DNA of 64,000 bases from contig LVEI03000001.1 of the NCBI GenBank assembly GCA_001595385.3, forward strand, positions 2,235,344 through 2,299,343, read 5' to 3'. The notes under the pieces are model-generated. The model had not been told where the DNA came from and did no database searches. It was given only the letters and a program-made list of their open reading frames with translations. Below are positions 8,530 to 20,527 of the stretch, in pieces. This stretch comes from Deltaproteobacteria bacterium GWC2_55_46 (GTDB taxonomy: Bacteria; Desulfobacterota; GWC2-55-46). Each line of letters starts with the position of its first letter. Positions within the stretch are counted from its first letter, which is position 1. A program made the translations under genes and the position numbers.

Positions 8530-8721
8530 ATGGAAAAATTAGACAAGGCTAAAGAATTTTTTAACGAGTCCAAGCAGGAGCTCAAGAAGGTTACCTGGCC
8601 CACGAAGCAGCAGACGGTAACCTCCACATGGGTGGTCCTCGCGGTCACGTTCGTGCTGGCCATATTCCTCGGCCTTGTCGACCTGGTCTTTTCAAAACTG
8701 GTCGGCTTAATCTTGAAGTGA
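8530..8721 (+). CDS. secE: Preprotein translocase subunit SecE
   Basis: 63 aa, ELKKVTWPT motif followed by one TM helix. Located immediately upstream of nusG. Confidence 0.85.
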   Translation: MEKLDKAKEFFNESKQELKKVTWPTKQQTVTSTWVVLAVTFVLAIFLGLVDLVFSKLVGLILK

Positions 8722-8737
8722 GGGTGTGAGGGTTTAG

Positions 8738-9268
8738 ATGGGGAAAAAGTGGTACGTAGTGCATACCTATTCAGGGTATGAGAACAAGGTCAAGGCCGCG
8801 CTCGATGAGAAGATAAAGGCGGTCGGCAAGGAGGACCTGTTCGGAGAGGTGCTGGTTCCTTCCGAGAAGGTCGTGGACATGGTCAAAGGGGTAAAAAGGA
8901 CCACCTCGCGCAAGTTCTTCCCCGGTTACATCCTGATTAATATGGTGCTTAACGACGAGACCTGGCACCTGGTAAAGGATATACCCAAGGTCACAGGCTT
9001 TGTGGGCGGGCAGGAAGCGCCCCCGACGATCTCCGAGGAGGATGTCCGCAAGATAACCCGCCAGATGGAAGAAGGGGCGGTAAAGCCCAAGCCCAAGGTG
9101 AGCTTCGACAGGGGCGAGAACGTGAGGGTCATAGACGGCCCCTTTACAAACTTTGCCGGGGTAGTCGAGGAAGCGAAGCCCGAGAAGGGCAAATTAAGGG
9201 TGCTCGTAAGCATCTTTGGCAGGGCCACACCGGTTGAGCTCGATTTCGTCCAGGTAGAGAAGGCTTGA
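8738..9268 (+). CDS. nusG: Transcription termination/antitermination factor NusG
   Basis: 176 aa. WYVVHTYSGYENKV N-terminal domain and a C-terminal KOW domain (VRVIDGPFTNFAGVVEE). Confidence 0.95.
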   Translation: MGKKWYVVHTYSGYENKVKAALDEKIKAVGKEDLFGEVLVPSEKVVDMVKGVKRTTSRKFFPGYILINMVLNDETWHLVKDIPKVTGFVGGQEAPPTISEEDVRKITRQMEEGAVKPKPKVSFDRGENVRVIDGPFTNFAGVVEEAKPEKGKLRVLVSIFGRATPVELDFVQVEKA

Positions 9269-9277
9269 TCCAATAGA

Positions 9278-9481
9278 GGTTTCAACCACACCGGCGATTT
9301 AGCGTTGGTGATGACGTGACCGGAGGCCTCAGGTGGCCGAAGGTTTTCAAGAAGGTTTCAACCACACCGGCGATTTAGCGTTGGTGATGACGTGACCGGA
9401 GGCCTCAGGTGGCCGAAGGTTTTCAAGAAGGTTTCAACCACACCGGCGATTTAACGTTGGTGATGACGTGACCGGAGGCCT
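9278..9481 (+). repeat. Head-to-tail tandem repeat, period 76 nt, 2.7 copies, in the nusG-rplK leader
   Basis: Copy 1 (9278-9353) equals copy 2 (9354-9429). Copy 3 (9430-9481) matches the first 52 nt with one G>A at 9454, then diverges. The period is not a multiple of 3 and no ORF is present. Confidence 0.95.
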
Positions 9482-9520
9482 GAAAAGCCGCTTGCACGGT
9501 TCGGATAATGAGAGGAAGAG

Positions 9521-9946
9521 ATGGCAAAGAAGGTAACAGGACAGGTTAAGCTGCAGATACCTGCCGGGAAGGCTAACCCTTCTCCCCCGGTAGGCCCCGC
9601 GCTCGGCCAGCACGGCGTGAACATCATGGAGTTCTGCAAGACGTTCAACGCAAGGACGCAGGCCCAGGAAGGCATGATCATCCCGGTGGTCATCACCGTT
9701 TACGCGGACAGGTCGTTCTCGTTCATAACGAAGACCCCTCCGGCGGCGGTGTTGCTATTGAAGGCCGCAGGAGTCGAGAAAGGCTCAAAGGAGCCGAACA
9801 AGACCAAGGTGGCCAAGGTAACGAAGAAGCAGGTCGAGGATATCGCAAAGCTCAAGATGCCGGATATAACTGCCGGAAGCCTGGAGGCGGCCATCAAGAC
9901 GATTGAGGGCACGGCCAGGAGCATGGGCATCACGGTGGAGGGTTAG
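9521..9946 (+). CDS. rplK: 50S ribosomal protein L11
   Basis: 141 aa: [40 protein letters not shown]. Confidence 0.97.
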   Translation: MAKKVTGQVKLQIPAGKANPSPPVGPALGQHGVNIMEFCKTFNARTQAQEGMIIPVVITVYADRSFSFITKTPPAAVLLLKAAGVEKGSKEPNKTKVAKVTKKQVEDIAKLKMPDITAGSLEAAIKTIEGTARSMGITVEG

Positions 9947-9951
9947 AGGCG

Positions 9952-10647
9952 ATGGGAAAAAAATATGAAGCCGCCAAGGCCAAGATAGAAGCCAATAAGA
10001 CTTACGATATGGAAGAGGGGTTCAGGCTGGTCCCCGAGACGGTCTGCGCCAAGTTTGACGAGACCGTCGAGGTCTCCGGCAGGCTGGGCGTTGACCCCAA
10101 GCACCCCGAGCAGATGGTGAGGGGCACTATCGTCCTTCCCCACGGCATCGGCAAGACCGTCCGCGTGCTGGTATTCGCAAAGGGCGAAAAAGAGATCGAG
10201 GCAAAGGAAGCCGGCGCGGACCTTATCGGCGCCGAGGATATGATAGAGAAGGTGTCGAAGGGCTGGCTGGACTTTGACGCGATAGTCGCCACCCCGGATA
10301 TGATGGGCGCGGTCGGAAAGCTCGGAAAGGTGCTCGGTCCCAGGGGCCTTATGCCGAACCCGAAGCTCGGCACCGTGACCTTCGATGTGAAGAAGGCCGT
10401 ATCGGATCTCAAGGCCGGAAAGGTCGAGTTCAGGGTCGACAAGGCCGGCAACATCCATGTTCCTGTCGGAAAGGCCTCCTTTGGCTCACTGAAGCTCAAG
10501 GAGAACTTCCTGTCGCTCATGGAGGCCATCGTAAAGGCGAAGCCATCGGCGAGCAAGGGGACCTATCTCCGCAGCCTTTTCATCTCCACGACCATGGGCC
10601 CGAGCATCAGGCTCAACTCGGTCGAGGTGAGGAACCTGTTTAAATAG
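9952..10647 (+). CDS. rplA: 50S ribosomal protein L1
   Basis: 231 aa. Typical L1 sequence ([11 protein letters not shown] ... [26 protein letters not shown]). Confidence 0.97.
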   Translation: MGKKYEAAKAKIEANKTYDMEEGFRLVPETVCAKFDETVEVSGRLGVDPKHPEQMVRGTIVLPHGIGKTVRVLVFAKGEKEIEAKEAGADLIGAEDMIEKVSKGWLDFDAIVATPDMMGAVGKLGKVLGPRGLMPNPKLGTVTFDVKKAVSDLKAGKVEFRVDKAGNIHVPVGKASFGSLKLKENFLSLMEAIVKAKPSASKGTYLRSLFISTTMGPSIRLNSVEVRNLFK

Positions 10648-10685
10648 CGTATGCCGCCTTCGGCGGCTGTAGCTTTGTTTTTTTA

Positions 10686-10874
10686 CATAACGGTCAAAGA
10701 CAGTAGGGGCGCAAGCTTAAAAATTCCTACCGAGGCCTTAAGACGCAAGAGTCGTGGACCCGATCATGGGGTCCAGCGGTGCGGGGGGTGGTATTCCTTC
10801 GCGCCGGCTCGCTTTTTTAGCCTTGTTACTCTTCTGTCTTTTGACTGAAAAAAGGACAGAAAGGAGGAAGAGAG
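10686..10874 (+). promoter_or_regulatory. Probable structured rplJL (L10) leader
   Basis: 227-nt untranslated spacer between rplA and rplJ. A GCCGCC-TTC-GGCGGC hairpin lies at 10654-10668. A near-perfect hairpin (TCTGTCTTTT...AAAAGGACAGA) abuts the AAGGAGG SD. The leader identity is inferred from position, not from a model match. Confidence 0.4.
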
Positions 10875-11405
10875 TTGGATAGGACGGATAAGGCCAAAGT
10901 AGTTGAAGAAGTGCAGGAAAGTTTCAAAAAGGCCAACGCGACCTTTATCGCCGAGTACCAGGGCATAAAGGCTATGGATATGAACGAGTTCAGGAAGATC
11001 TTGCGTGACGCTTCCATGGAATTTCGTGTCATCCGCAATACGCTTGCCAGGCGCGCGGTCCAGGGCACGCCTGTTGAGACGATAACAGGGCAGCTCAAGG
11101 GGCCCACGGCCATAGCGTTCAGCTATAAGGACGCAGCCGCCGCAGCCAAGGCGCTCGTGCAGTTCGCGAAGGACCAGCCGAAGCTCAAGATCAAGGCCGG
11201 CACCCTCGGCGCCAAGGTCATAAGCGCCGACGAGATCAAGGGACTTGCCGAACTCCCGTCGAGGGAAGTGCTCCTCGCCATGATGCTCGGCTCGATGAAG
11301 TCGCCGATGTCCGGCATCGTCGGTGTCTTGAGCGGAGTGCCCAGAAAGCTCCTTTACGCGCTCAACGCTGTAAAGGACAGCAAAGCCGCTCAAGCCGGGG
11401 CGTAA
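10875..11405 (+). CDS. rplJ: 50S ribosomal protein L10 (TTG start)
   Basis: 176 aa, TTG start 8 nt after AAGGAGG. Typical L10 sequence. Confidence 0.95.
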   Translation: MDRTDKAKVVEEVQESFKKANATFIAEYQGIKAMDMNEFRKILRDASMEFRVIRNTLARRAVQGTPVETITGQLKGPTAIAFSYKDAAAAAKALVQFAKDQPKLKIKAGTLGAKVISADEIKGLAELPSREVLLAMMLGSMKSPMSGIVGVLSGVPRKLLYALNAVKDSKAAQAGA

Positions 11406-11464
11406 AAGCCCTTTAACGTACTTACAAAAAATCATAGAATAATAAATTTAGAGGAGAGACCGAG

Positions 11465-11842
11465 ATGGCGGACCTTAAAAAAGAAGATGTGATCAAATAT
11501 ATCGAGAGCATGAGCGTCCTTGAGCTTGCCGAGCTTGTGAAGGAACTCGAGGAGAAGTTCGGCGTTTCAGCCGCTGCCCCGGTTGCCGTAGCGGCCGCAG
11601 CGGCCGCAGCTGCCCCGGCAGCCGCCGAGAAGACCGAGTTCAACGTTGTCCTTAAGGAGGCTGGCGCAGAGAAGATAAAGGTCATCAAGGAAGTAAGGGT
11701 GATAACCGGCCTTGGCCTCAAGGAAGCGAAGGACCTCGTCGAGGGCGCTCCCAAGACCCTGAAGGAGGGCGTAGCCAAGGATGAGGCTGAGAAGATAAAG
11801 AAGCAGGTCGAGAGCGCCGGCGCAAAGGTGGAGATACAGTAA
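11465..11842 (+). CDS. rplL: 50S ribosomal protein L7/L12
   Basis: 125 aa. Ala-rich hinge, then [27 protein letters not shown]. Confidence 0.97.
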   Translation: MADLKKEDVIKYIESMSVLELAELVKELEEKFGVSAAAPVAVAAAAAAAAPAAAEKTEFNVVLKEAGAEKIKVIKEVRVITGLGLKEAKDLVEGAPKTLKEGVAKDEAEKIKKQVESAGAKVEIQ

Positions 11843-11936
11843 TAAGCCGCTTTTTCCAATCACCTGAAGCATACCGACAAACGGCGCCATTACGGCGCGT
11901 AAGCGGCTTCAAGGGCCGCGCCTGGAATGACGAATC

Positions 11937-11959
11937 GCCCGCCGGGACCCCCGGCGGGC
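11937..11959 (+). other. Perfect 10-bp GC-rich hairpin in the rplL-rpoB spacer (possible attenuator or processing site)
   Basis: GCCCGCCGGG-ACC-CCCGGCGGGC with no U-tract following. The function is inferred from its position, which matches the known rplL-rpoB attenuator region of E. coli. Confidence 0.45.
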
Positions 11960-11999
11960 AGATTCCACTGTAGTATTCCAAAAAGGAGTTAAACAGAAT

Positions 12000-14900
12000 A
12001 TGGCTTCCTCTAAACGTATAGACGCACAGGCATTGAGGAAGGACTACTCCCGTATCGGGAAGGTAGTCAGCATGCCGAACCTTATCGAGGTCCAGAAGAA
12101 GTCCTTCGCGTATTTTCTGCAGACCGACGCCAAGCCCGAAGACAGGAAGGACGTAGGGCTTCAGGCCGTATTCAAGAGCGCTTTCCCCATAAAGGATTTC
12201 AGCAACACGGCCTCGCTCGAATACGTCAGGTACGCGCTCCTCGATCCCAAGTACACTGTGGACGAGTGCCACCAGAAGGGCATGACCTTCGCCGCCCCCA
12301 TAAAGATGCTCGTCCGCCTCATCATGTGGGACAAGGACGCCGAGACAGGGGCCCAGTCCATAAGGGATATAAAGGAGCAGGAGGTCTATTTCGGCGAGAT
12401 ACCGCTGATGACCGAGAACGGAAGTTTTATTATTAACGGCACCGAGAGGGTCATCGTAAGCCAGCTTCACAGGTCCCCCGGCGTATTCTTCGAGCTCGAG
12501 AAGCCGAAGGGCTTCACCGGAAAGGTCCTGTACACCGCACGCGTCATCCCGTACCACGGCAGCTGGCTCGATTTCGAGTTCGACCAGAAGGACTGGCTCT
12601 ACGTCCGCATCGACAAGAGAAGGAAGATGCCGTCCACCATCCTTTTGAAGGCCCTCGGCTACTCGGTCGAGGAGATGCTCAATTATTTCTATCCTAGCGA
12701 GGAGATCATCCTCGAGAACAAGAAAATATCGAAGAGCGTTGAGCCGGAGTTCCTCGTAGGCCAGAAGGTGAGCCGCGACATAAAGGACCCGCACACCGGC
12801 GAAGTGATAGTCAAGAAAGACAGGAAGTTCACCAGGCTTGTCTTAAAGAAGCTCGTCGCGGCGGGCGTTAAGTACATACCAGTCGAGGTCGAGGACATAA
12901 TAGGCCGCATCGCCTCGACCGACATCGTTGACCCGAATACCGGCGAGGTCGTGCTCGAGTGCAACCAGATACTTTCGCGCGACAAGCTCGATGAGATATC
13001 CAGGAGGGGTATAACCTCCTTCAGGCTACTCCTCATCGAGGCCATGGGCAACTTCTTCAGGGAGACACTCCTTAACGACAAGATAGGCGGCGACGACACC
13101 CGGACTATCGTCGAGTACAGGAAGGAGAACCCGGACAACCCGGTCTCCAACATGACACTCAACGCGAGGATCGAGATATACAAGAGGCTCAAGCCCGGCG
13201 ACCTCCCGACGGTCAAAACGGCGAACGCCTTCTTTAACGACCTCTTCTTCAACGCCGAGAGGTACGACCTCTCCAGGGTTGGCCGCTTGAAGCTCAACAG
13301 GAAGCTCGGGTTCGACGTGGACCTCGATACCACCACCCTCCGCAAGGAGGATATCCTCGAGGTCGTGCGTTACCTTATCCTTCTGAGGAACGGCCAGGGC
13401 GTGGTCGACGACATCGACCACCTGGGCAACAGGAGGGTGCGCTCCGTCGGAGAGCTTCTGGAGAACCAGTACAGGATAGGGCTATTGAGGATGGAGAGGG
13501 CCGTCAAGGAGAGGATGAGCCTCGGCGAGCTTGAAACGCTCATGCCGCATGACCTTATAAACCCCAAGCCGGTCTCGGCGGTCATAAAGGAGTTCTTCGG
13601 TTCTTCTCAGCTTTCGCAGTTCATGGACCAGACCAACCCGCTTTCCGAGGTGACTCACAAGAGGAGGCTTTCGGCCCTCGGGCCAGGAGGTCTTACCAGG
13701 GAAAGGGCTGGCTTCGAGGTAAGGGACGTGCACGCGACCCACTACGGACGTATCTGCCCGATCGAGACGCCTGAGGGACCGAACATCGGCCTTATCGTCT
13801 CTCTTTCGACATATGCGCGCGTGAACGACTTCGGCTTCATCGAGACCCCTTACAGAGAGGTCAGGGACGGCAAGGTCACCAACAGGATAACGTACCTCTC
13901 TGCCCTTGACGAGGAGAACCATGTCATAGCGCAGGCGAACGCGCCCATCGACAAGGACGGCAGGTTCGAAAGCGAGTTCGTCTCCGCTCGTAAGGGCGGT
14001 GAGTTCATAATGGCGCGTCCCGAGGACACGACCCTCATGGACGTCTCCCCGAACCAGCTCGTCTCCGTGGCTGCGGCCCTTATCCCGTTCCTTGAAAACG
14101 ACGACGCGAACAGGGCGCTCATGGGTTCGAACATGCAGAGGCAGGCTGTGCCGCTCATCCAGACCGAGAGCCCGCTCGTAGGCACGGGTATGGAATCCAT
14201 CGTCGCCAGCGATTCCGGCGTAACCGTCCTTGCCAAGCACCCCGGCGTTGTAGAAAGCGTCGACGGCACGAGGATCGTCGTAAGGAACGAAACCGGGGGA
14301 GTCGAGATATATAACCTGACGAAGTTCAGGCGCTCAAACCAGAATACATGCTTGAACCAGAAGCCGGTCGTCTTCAAAGGCGACGTGCTTGAGGTGGGCC
14401 AGGTCATCGCCGACGGCCCCTCGACCGACAAGGGCGAGCTGGCGCTCGGCAAGAACGTGATAGTGGCCTTCATGCCCTGGGGCGGCTACAACTTCGAGGA
14501 CTCGATACTCTTGAACGAGCGCCTCCTGCGCGACGACGTATTCACCTCGGTCCATATCGAGGAGTTCGAGGTCGTGGCAAGGGACATAAAGCTTGGCAAG
14601 GAAGAGATAACGAGAGACATCCCCAACGTCGGCGAGGACGCTCTCAGGAACCTCGACGAGAGCGGCATCATAAGGATAGGCGCCGAGGTGAAGCCCGGCG
14701 ACATCCTCGTGGGCAAGGTCACCCCAAAGGGAGAGACCCAGCTTTCGCCGGAGGAAAAGCTCCTTAGAGCCATATTCGGCGAGAAGGCCGAGGACGTCAA
14801 GGACACCTCTCTTCGCGTACCGCCCGGCATCGAGGGCGTGGTCATAGACGCCAAGGTCTTCTCAAGGAAGGGCTCTGAGAAGGACGATAGGAGCAAGTCC

Positions 14901-16148
14901 ATAGAGGACAAGGAGATAGCGAGGCTTGTCAAGGACCGCGAGGACGAGATAGGCATCGTAAAGGAATCGACCTACTCGAGGGTAAGAAAGCTCCTCCTTA
15001 ACAAGAAGTCCGCGGTCCGGATCGCGGACAGGAAGGGTAACACCCTTCTCAGCAAGGGCAAGCCCATCACCGCAGAGGTCCTCGAGACCATACCGCAGTC
15101 AAAGTGGCACGAGATAATACCGGCTGAAGAGAAGGCCGAGGCCGAGGTAGGCGAGTGCCTCACGGCCCTCAACGAGCAGATAGACCTCATCAAGGTCGTC
15201 TTCGACGAGAGGATAAACAGGCTCAAGAGGGGCGACGAGCTTCCTCCCGGCGTTATAAAGATGGTCAAGGTCTATATCGCCATGAAGAGGAAGATATCGG
15301 TCGGCGACAAGATGGCCGGACGCCACGGCAACAAGGGCGTCATATCGAGGATACTGCCCGAAGAGGATATGCCTTATCTCGCGGACGGCACCCCGGTCGA
15401 CATAGTCCTGAACCCGCTTGGCGTTCCTTCCCGTATGAACATCGGGCAGATTCTTGAGACCCATCTCGGGTGGGCCGCGAAGCACCTGGGCAAGGCCGTA
15501 TCCGCCATGATAGAGAAGAACCTTAGCCCCAATTCAGTAAGGGACAAGGTCAAGAAGATATACGCGACCAACGAGTTCAGCAGGTTCATAAATACCCTGT
15601 CGGACGACGAGGTCATCGACGTCGCCAGGAGGCTTGCAGGCGGCATACGCATAGCGAGCCCGGTCTTTGACGGCGCTACCGAGACCGAGGTCAAGGAGGC
15701 CCTCGAGATGGCCTCTTTGCCGCGCAACGGCAAGATGGTCCTCTACGACGGCAGGAACGGCGAGCAATTCGACCAGGAGGTAACGGTCGGAGTCATGTAT
15801 ATGATGAAGCTCCACCACCTGGTAGACGATAAGATACACGCCAGGTCTACCGGCCCGTACTCGCTCGTCACCCAGCAGCCGCTGGGCGGAAAGGCTCAGT
15901 TCGGAGGCCAGAGGCTCGGAGAGATGGAGGTCTGGGCGATGGAGGCATACGGCGCCGCGCACAGCCTCCAGGAGTTCCTGACGGTAAAGTCGGACGACGT
16001 GCCGGGCAGGACCAAGATGTACGAGTCTATCGTGACCGGCAGGTACAACCTTGAGCCCACCTTGCCGGAATCGTTCAGCGTCCTTATAAAGGAGCTTCAG
16101 AGCCTTGCGCTGGATGTGAACCTCATGGAAGAAGAGAAGAAGGACTGA
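12000..16148 (+). CDS. rpoB: DNA-directed RNA polymerase subunit beta
   Basis: 1382 aa. Conserved beta-subunit blocks throughout (for example [19 protein letters not shown]). Confidence 0.99.
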   Translation: MASSKRIDAQALRKDYSRIGKVVSMPNLIEVQKKSFAYFLQTDAKPEDRKDVGLQAVFKSAFPIKDFSNTASLEYVRYALLDPKYTVDECHQKGMTFAAPIKMLVRLIMWDKDAETGAQSIRDIKEQEVYFGEIPLMTENGSFIINGTERVIVSQLHRSPGVFFELEKPKGFTGKVLYTARVIPYHGSWLDFEFDQKDWLYVRIDKRRKMPSTILLKALGYSVEEMLNYFYPSEEIILENKKISKSVEPEFLVGQKVSRDIKDPHTGEVIVKKDRKFTRLVLKKLVAAGVKYIPVEVEDIIGRIASTDIVDPNTGEVVLECNQILSRDKLDEISRRGITSFRLLLIEAMGNFFRETLLNDKIGGDDTRTIVEYRKENPDNPVSNMTLNARIEIYKRLKPGDLPTVKTANAFFNDLFFNAERYDLSRVGRLKLNRKLGFDVDLDTTTLRKEDILEVVRYLILLRNGQGVVDDIDHLGNRRVRSVGELLENQYRIGLLRMERAVKERMSLGELETLMPHDLINPKPVSAVIKEFFGSSQLSQFMDQTNPLSEVTHKRRLSALGPGGLTRERAGFEVRDVHATHYGRICPIETPEGPNIGLIVSLSTYARVNDFGFIETPYREVRDGKVTNRITYLSALDEENHVIAQANAPIDKDGRFESEFVSARKGGEFIMARPEDTTLMDVSPNQLVSVAAALIPFLENDDANRALMGSNMQRQAVPLIQTESPLVGTGMESIVASDSGVTVLAKHPGVVESVDGTRIVVRNETGGVEIYNLTKFRRSNQNTCLNQKPVVFKGDVLEVGQVIADGPSTDKGELALGKNVIVAFMPWGGYNFEDSILLNERLLRDDVFTSVHIEEFEVVARDIKLGKEEITRDIPNVGEDALRNLDESGIIRIGAEVKPGDILVGKVTPKGETQLSPEEKLLRAIFGEKAEDVKDTSLRVPPGIEGVVIDAKVFSRKGSEKDDRSKSIEDKEIARLVKDREDEIGIVKESTYSRVRKLLLNKKSAVRIADRKGNTLLSKGKPITAEVLETIPQSKWHEIIPAEEKAEAEVGECLTALNEQIDLIKVVFDERINRLKRGDELPPGVIKMVKVYIAMKRKISVGDKMAGRHGNKGVISRILPEEDMPYLADGTPVDIVLNPLGVPSRMNIGQILETHLGWAAKHLGKAVSAMIEKNLSPNSVRDKVKKIYATNEFSRFINTLSDDEVIDVARRLAGGIRIASPVFDGATETEVKEALEMASLPRNGKMVLYDGRNGEQFDQEVTVGVMYMMKLHHLVDDKIHARSTGPYSLVTQQPLGGKAQFGGQRLGEMEVWAMEAYGAAHSLQEFLTVKSDDVPGRTKMYESIVTGRYNLEPTLPESFSVLIKELQSLALDVNLMEEEKKD

Positions 16149-16212
16149 ACAGAAGTTAACGCCGTCCGGAAAGACCCGGGCGGCCACGATTAACCTGCTT
16201 AATAAGAGGAGG

Positions 16213-19200
16213 TTGCCTTTGGAAAGCCTTGTGGCCCTGTTTGAAAAGCATAAAAGACCTATGGACTTTAATGCCATAAGGATATCTATAGCCTCGCCGG
16301 ACAGGATCAGGGAATGGTCCCACGGCGAGGTCAAAAAGCCCGAGACGATAAATTACAGGACCTTCAAGCCGGAAAGGGACGGCCTTTTCTGCGCGAAGAT
16401 ATTCGGCCCGGTAAAGGACTTCGAGTGCAACTGCGGCAAGTACAAGAGGATGAAGCACCGCGGGGTCGTCTGCGAGAAGTGCGGCGTTGAGGTCATCCCC
16501 TCGAACGTGAGGCGCGAAAGGCTCGGCCATATCGAGCTTGCCACCCCGGTTGCCCATATATGGTTCTTAAGGAGCCTCCCCTCCAGGATAGGCGCCATGC
16601 TCGACATAACGCTCAAGGAGCTGGAGAGGATCCTCTATTACGAGAACTACGTGGTCCTGGACGCCAGGGAGTCCGACCTCAAGGCGGGCGAGCTCCTCAA
16701 CGAGGAGAAGTACCAGAAGGCTGTCGAGAAGTGGGGCCCGGACGGCTTTACCTCCGGCATGGGCGCCGAGGCGATCAGAGAGCTCCTTAAGAGGATAGAC
16801 CTCGAGAAGGTCTCTGGCACGCTCAGAGCTGAGATGAAGAAGACCACCTCGGACGCCAAGAAGAAAAGGATCGTCAAGAGGCTCAAGGTCACCGAGGCGT
16901 TCCTCCATTCCGGGAACAAGCCCGAGTGGATGATCCTTGAGGTGATACCCGTGCTCCCGCCGGACTTAAGGCCGCTTGTGCCCCTTGACGGCGGAAGGTT
17001 CGCAACCTCTGACCTGAACGACCTTTACAGGAGGGTCATAAACAGGAACAACAGGCTCAAGAGGCTCATGGAGCTTAACGCCCCTGACATCATCATCAGG
17101 AACGAGAAGAGGATGCTCCAGGAGGCGGTTGACGCCCTTTTCGATAACGGCAGAAGGGGGCGCATAATAACCGGCCAGAACAAGAGGCCGCTCAAGTCCC
17201 TTTCCGACATGATAAAGGGCAAGGGCGGACGCTTCAGGCAGAACCTCCTTGGAAAGAGGGTCGACTACTCCGGCCGTTCGGTCATCGTCATCGGCCCGGA
17301 CTTGAGGCTCCACCAGTGCGGCCTTCCGAAGAAGATGGCCCTCGAGCTCTTCAAGCCCTTCATCTACCAGAGGCTCGAGGAGAAGGGCTACGCCACCACC
17401 ATAAAGAGCGCCAAGAAGATGCTCGAGAAGGAGCGCCCGGAGGTATGGGACGTCCTCGACGAGGTCATAAGAGAGCACCCAGTGCTCTTGAACAGGGCGC
17501 CGACGCTCCACAGGCTCGGCATACAGGCCTTTGAGCCCATCCTCATCGAGGGCAAGGCCATACAGCTTCACCCGCTCGTCTGTACCGCCTTTAACGCGGA
17601 CTTCGACGGAGACCAGATGGCGGTCCACGTGCCGCTTTCCATTGAGGCGCAGGTAGAGGCGAGGGTCCTCATGATGTCGACCAACAACATCCTCTCGCCC
17701 GCGCACGGGAAGCCCATTATCGTGCCGACGCAGGACATAGTCCTCGGCCTCTATTACCTCACCCGTAACCGTCCTGGAGTCAAGGGCGAGGGCAAGAGGT
17801 TCGGGTCGACAGACGAGGTCAGAGCTGCCTATGACGCCAGCGAGGTCCACCTCCAGGCCGGGGTAAAGGTAAAGCTTGACGGGACGCTCACGGACACCAC
17901 CGTCGGCAGGATCATATTGAAGGAGATCATCCCGACGGCCATCAAGTTCGAAGAGATAAACAAGGTAATGGACAAAAAGCGCCTTGCCGACCTCATAGAC
18001 ATCTGCTACAGGCGCGCCGGCAGCAAGGAGACGGTAATACTGGCCGACAGGCTCAAGGACATGGGCTACCAGTTCGCGACCAAGGCCGGCATCTCCATCT
18101 GCATAGACGACATGAAGATCCCCACGAAGAAGGGGATCCTGCTGGATTCGGCCTACGAAGAGGTCAAGGAGATACAGAAGCAGTATAACGAAGGTCTCAT
18201 AACAGACGGCGAGCGCTACAACAAGGTCATAGACATCTGGGCGCAGGCGACCGAAGAGATAGCCGAGGAGATGCTGAGAGAGCTCTCCACCGACCTCGTA
18301 AAGGACGACGATGGCAATGAACGCCCTCTGCCGAGCTTCAACCCCATATTTATCATGGCCGATTCCGGCGCCAGGGGCTCCGCTCAGCAGATAAGGCAGC
18401 TCGCCGGGATGAGGGGACTCATGGCCAAGCCTTCTGGCGAGATCATCGAGACCCCGATAACCGCGAACTTCAGGGAAGGCCTCACCGTGCTCCAGTACTT
18501 CATATCGACGCACGGAGCCAGGAAAGGTCTCGCCGACACAGCGCTCAAGACAGCCAACTCAGGCTACCTTACCAGGAGGCTCGTCGACGTAGCCCAGGAC
18601 GCTATCATTGCTGAGGACGACTGCGGCACGCTCGACGGCATCTATATGACCCCGCTCGTCGAAGGCGGCGAGGTCATCGAGCCCATTGGCGAGAGGATCC
18701 TCGGAAGGGTCGTGCTCGAGGATGTCCTCGACCCCTTCACGAAGGAGGTCATTGTCGAGGCCAACGATGATATAGACGAGGGCAAGGTCGAGAGGATAGA
18801 GGAAGCCGGCATCGACAGGGTCAAGATAAGGTCGGTCCTCACCTGCCGCTCTACGCGCGGCATATGCATCAAGTGCTACGGAAGGGACCTGACGCGTGGA
18901 AGGATGGTCGAGATGGGCGAGGCCGTGGGCGTCATCGCCGCGCAGTCAATCGGCGAGCCCGGCACGCAGCTCACCATGAGGACCTTCCATATAGGCGGCA
19001 CCGCCTCCAGGAGGGCCGAGCAGACGACCCTCGAGGCGAGGCACGAAGGCATAGTCAAGTACCACAACCTTAACGTGGCCTTGAACTCCAGGGGCGACTC
19101 GATCGTGATGAACCGCAACGGCGACATCTCGCTGCAGGACGACCAGGGCAGGGACCGCGAAAAGGATTCCATAATATACGGCGCGAGGCTCCGCGTGCCG

Positions 19201-20346
19201 GAAGGGCAGAAGGTCGCCATCGGCATGATCATCGCGGACTGGGACCCTTACACCATACCGATCATAACAGAGGTCGGCGGTATAATAAGGTTCGGGGATA
19301 TCGAAGACGGCAAGACCATGAGGGAGCAGGTCGACGAGGTCACGGGCCTCTCAAGTAAGGTCATCGTCACCTTCAAGGAATCCGACTTGAGGCCGCGTGT
19401 CTCCATAAAGGACGAGTCGGGCCGCACGTACAAGATACCCGGCACTAACATCGAGGCCAGGTACCTCCTGCCGGTCGGCGCTATCCTCATGGTGGCCGAG
19501 GGCGACGCAGTGAAGGCCGGAGATATCGTTGCCAAGATACCGAGGGAGACCACAAAGACCAAGGACATTACCGGAGGACTTCCGAGGGTTGCCGAGCTCT
19601 TCGAGGCGAGAAAGCCAAAGGAGACGGCGGTCATAAGCGAGATCGACGGAATAGTCTCCTTCGGCAAGGACACCAAGGGCAAGAGGAAGGTCCTCATCAC
19701 CCCTGAGACCGGTGACGCGAAGGAGTATCTCATACCCAAGGGCAAGCACATAAGCGTGAGGGAAGGCGACCGCGTCAGGGCCGGAGAGCCGTTGATGGAC
19801 GGCAGCGCCAACCCGCACGACATCCTGCGCGTGCTTGGTGTCAAGGAACTGGCCAAGTACCTTGTCGACGAGGTGCAGGAGGTCTACAGGCTCCAGGGCG
19901 TTAAGATAAACGACAAGCACATCGAGACCATCGTGAGGCAGATGCTCCGCAGGGTCAAGATAAAGGACCCGGGCGACACCAACCTCCTCATCGGCGAGCA
20001 GGTCGAAAGGCACATCTTCGACGACGAGAACGACAGGGTCATCTCCAAGGGCAAGAGGCCGGCCATTGCCGAGCCGCTCCTGCAGGGTATAACCAAGGCA
20101 TCGCTTTCTACCGAGTCCTTCATCTCGGCCGCCTCGTTCCAGGAGACGACCAAGGTCTTGACCGGGGCCGCGGTGGAAGGGAAGATCGACTATCTCCGTG
20201 GCTTGAAGGAGAACGTCATCATGGGCCGCCTTGTCCCGGCAGGCACCGGTTTCAGGCGCTACACCAAGTTCGCCGCGGAGCTTACGGAGCAGGCACAGAG
20301 CGATGCAGCGTCTGAAACGGAAGAAGGCGTAAAGGAGACCGCATAA
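16213..20346 (+). CDS. rpoC: DNA-directed RNA polymerase subunit beta' (TTG start)
   Basis: 1377 aa. Zn-finger CNCGKYK...CEKCG and catalytic NADFDGDQM motif. Confidence 0.99.
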   Translation: MPLESLVALFEKHKRPMDFNAIRISIASPDRIREWSHGEVKKPETINYRTFKPERDGLFCAKIFGPVKDFECNCGKYKRMKHRGVVCEKCGVEVIPSNVRRERLGHIELATPVAHIWFLRSLPSRIGAMLDITLKELERILYYENYVVLDARESDLKAGELLNEEKYQKAVEKWGPDGFTSGMGAEAIRELLKRIDLEKVSGTLRAEMKKTTSDAKKKRIVKRLKVTEAFLHSGNKPEWMILEVIPVLPPDLRPLVPLDGGRFATSDLNDLYRRVINRNNRLKRLMELNAPDIIIRNEKRMLQEAVDALFDNGRRGRIITGQNKRPLKSLSDMIKGKGGRFRQNLLGKRVDYSGRSVIVIGPDLRLHQCGLPKKMALELFKPFIYQRLEEKGYATTIKSAKKMLEKERPEVWDVLDEVIREHPVLLNRAPTLHRLGIQAFEPILIEGKAIQLHPLVCTAFNADFDGDQMAVHVPLSIEAQVEARVLMMSTNNILSPAHGKPIIVPTQDIVLGLYYLTRNRPGVKGEGKRFGSTDEVRAAYDASEVHLQAGVKVKLDGTLTDTTVGRIILKEIIPTAIKFEEINKVMDKKRLADLIDICYRRAGSKETVILADRLKDMGYQFATKAGISICIDDMKIPTKKGILLDSAYEEVKEIQKQYNEGLITDGERYNKVIDIWAQATEEIAEEMLRELSTDLVKDDDGNERPLPSFNPIFIMADSGARGSAQQIRQLAGMRGLMAKPSGEIIETPITANFREGLTVLQYFISTHGARKGLADTALKTANSGYLTRRLVDVAQDAIIAEDDCGTLDGIYMTPLVEGGEVIEPIGERILGRVVLEDVLDPFTKEVIVEANDDIDEGKVERIEEAGIDRVKIRSVLTCRSTRGICIKCYGRDLTRGRMVEMGEAVGVIAAQSIGEPGTQLTMRTFHIGGTASRRAEQTTLEARHEGIVKYHNLNVALNSRGDSIVMNRNGDISLQDDQGRDREKDSIIYGARLRVPEGQKVAIGMIIADWDPYTIPIITEVGGIIRFGDIEDGKTMREQVDEVTGLSSKVIVTFKESDLRPRVSIKDESGRTYKIPGTNIEARYLLPVGAILMVAEGDAVKAGDIVAKIPRETTKTKDITGGLPRVAELFEARKPKETAVISEIDGIVSFGKDTKGKRKVLITPETGDAKEYLIPKGKHISVREGDRVRAGEPLMDGSANPHDILRVLGVKELAKYLVDEVQEVYRLQGVKINDKHIETIVRQMLRRVKIKDPGDTNLLIGEQVERHIFDDENDRVISKGKRPAIAEPLLQGITKASLSTESFISAASFQETTKVLTGAAVEGKIDYLRGLKENVIMGRLVPAGTGFRRYTKFAAELTEQAQSDAASETEEGVKETA

Positions 20347-20370
20347 TTTTGCGGTCTCCCGTCTTTATCT
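20334..20370 (+). terminator. Terminator hairpin overlapping the rpoC stop codon
   Basis: Perfect 10-bp stem GGAGACCGCA/TGCGGTCTCC with a 6-nt loop containing the TAA. A moderately T-rich tail follows. Confidence 0.55.
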
Positions 20371-20452
20371 CTTGCTAAAGACAGGCTGTTAGTGTTAATA
20401 TCCCTTTTCGCCATTTTTTAGAATTAAGTGCCTCTCATGAGCCATTTAGCTC

Positions 20453-20481
20453 TTGACAAGGAAATGGAAAGCTGGTAGATT
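20453..20481 (+). promoter_or_regulatory. Sigma70-like promoter of the str operon
   Basis: TTGACA (20453-20458), 17-nt spacer, TAGATT (20476-20481). Confidence 0.5.
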
Positions 20482-20527
20482 GCTTTGATTTACGCCAGCA
20501 GGTTAAGAAATCGAAAGGTAATCCGGT

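Noticed and set aside
8274-8552. 92-aa ORF overlapping the rpmG 3' end, tRNA-Trp and the secE start. Similar ORFs at 6150-6335, 6288-6491 and 6415-6627 overlap the promoter and tRNAs.
   Set aside because: They run through confidently identified tRNA genes or promoter sequence, so they are artefacts of six-frame translation.
9278-9481. Possibility that the 76-nt repeats are a CRISPR array or a tRNA-like gene triplet
   Set aside because: The units are directly abutting, with no unique spacers. 76 nt is far longer than CRISPR repeats. I could not fold a unit into a cloverleaf, because the two ends cannot pair to form an acceptor stem.
10651-10848. 65-aa + strand ORF in the rplA-rplJ spacer
   Set aside because: It lies in the expected structured L10 leader, has no SD, and its codon usage is atypical. 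It is more parsimoniously non-coding.
16966-18513. 515-aa minus-strand ORF inside rpoC. Similar long antisense ORFs occur at 11718-12794, 13482-14240, 54267-55520 and 55956-57185.
   Set aside because: These are fully embedded antisense to highly conserved genes. Their Arg/Leu/Gly/Val-rich composition is typical of stop-free antisense frames in GC-biased coding DNA. They have no SD and no recognisable domains.
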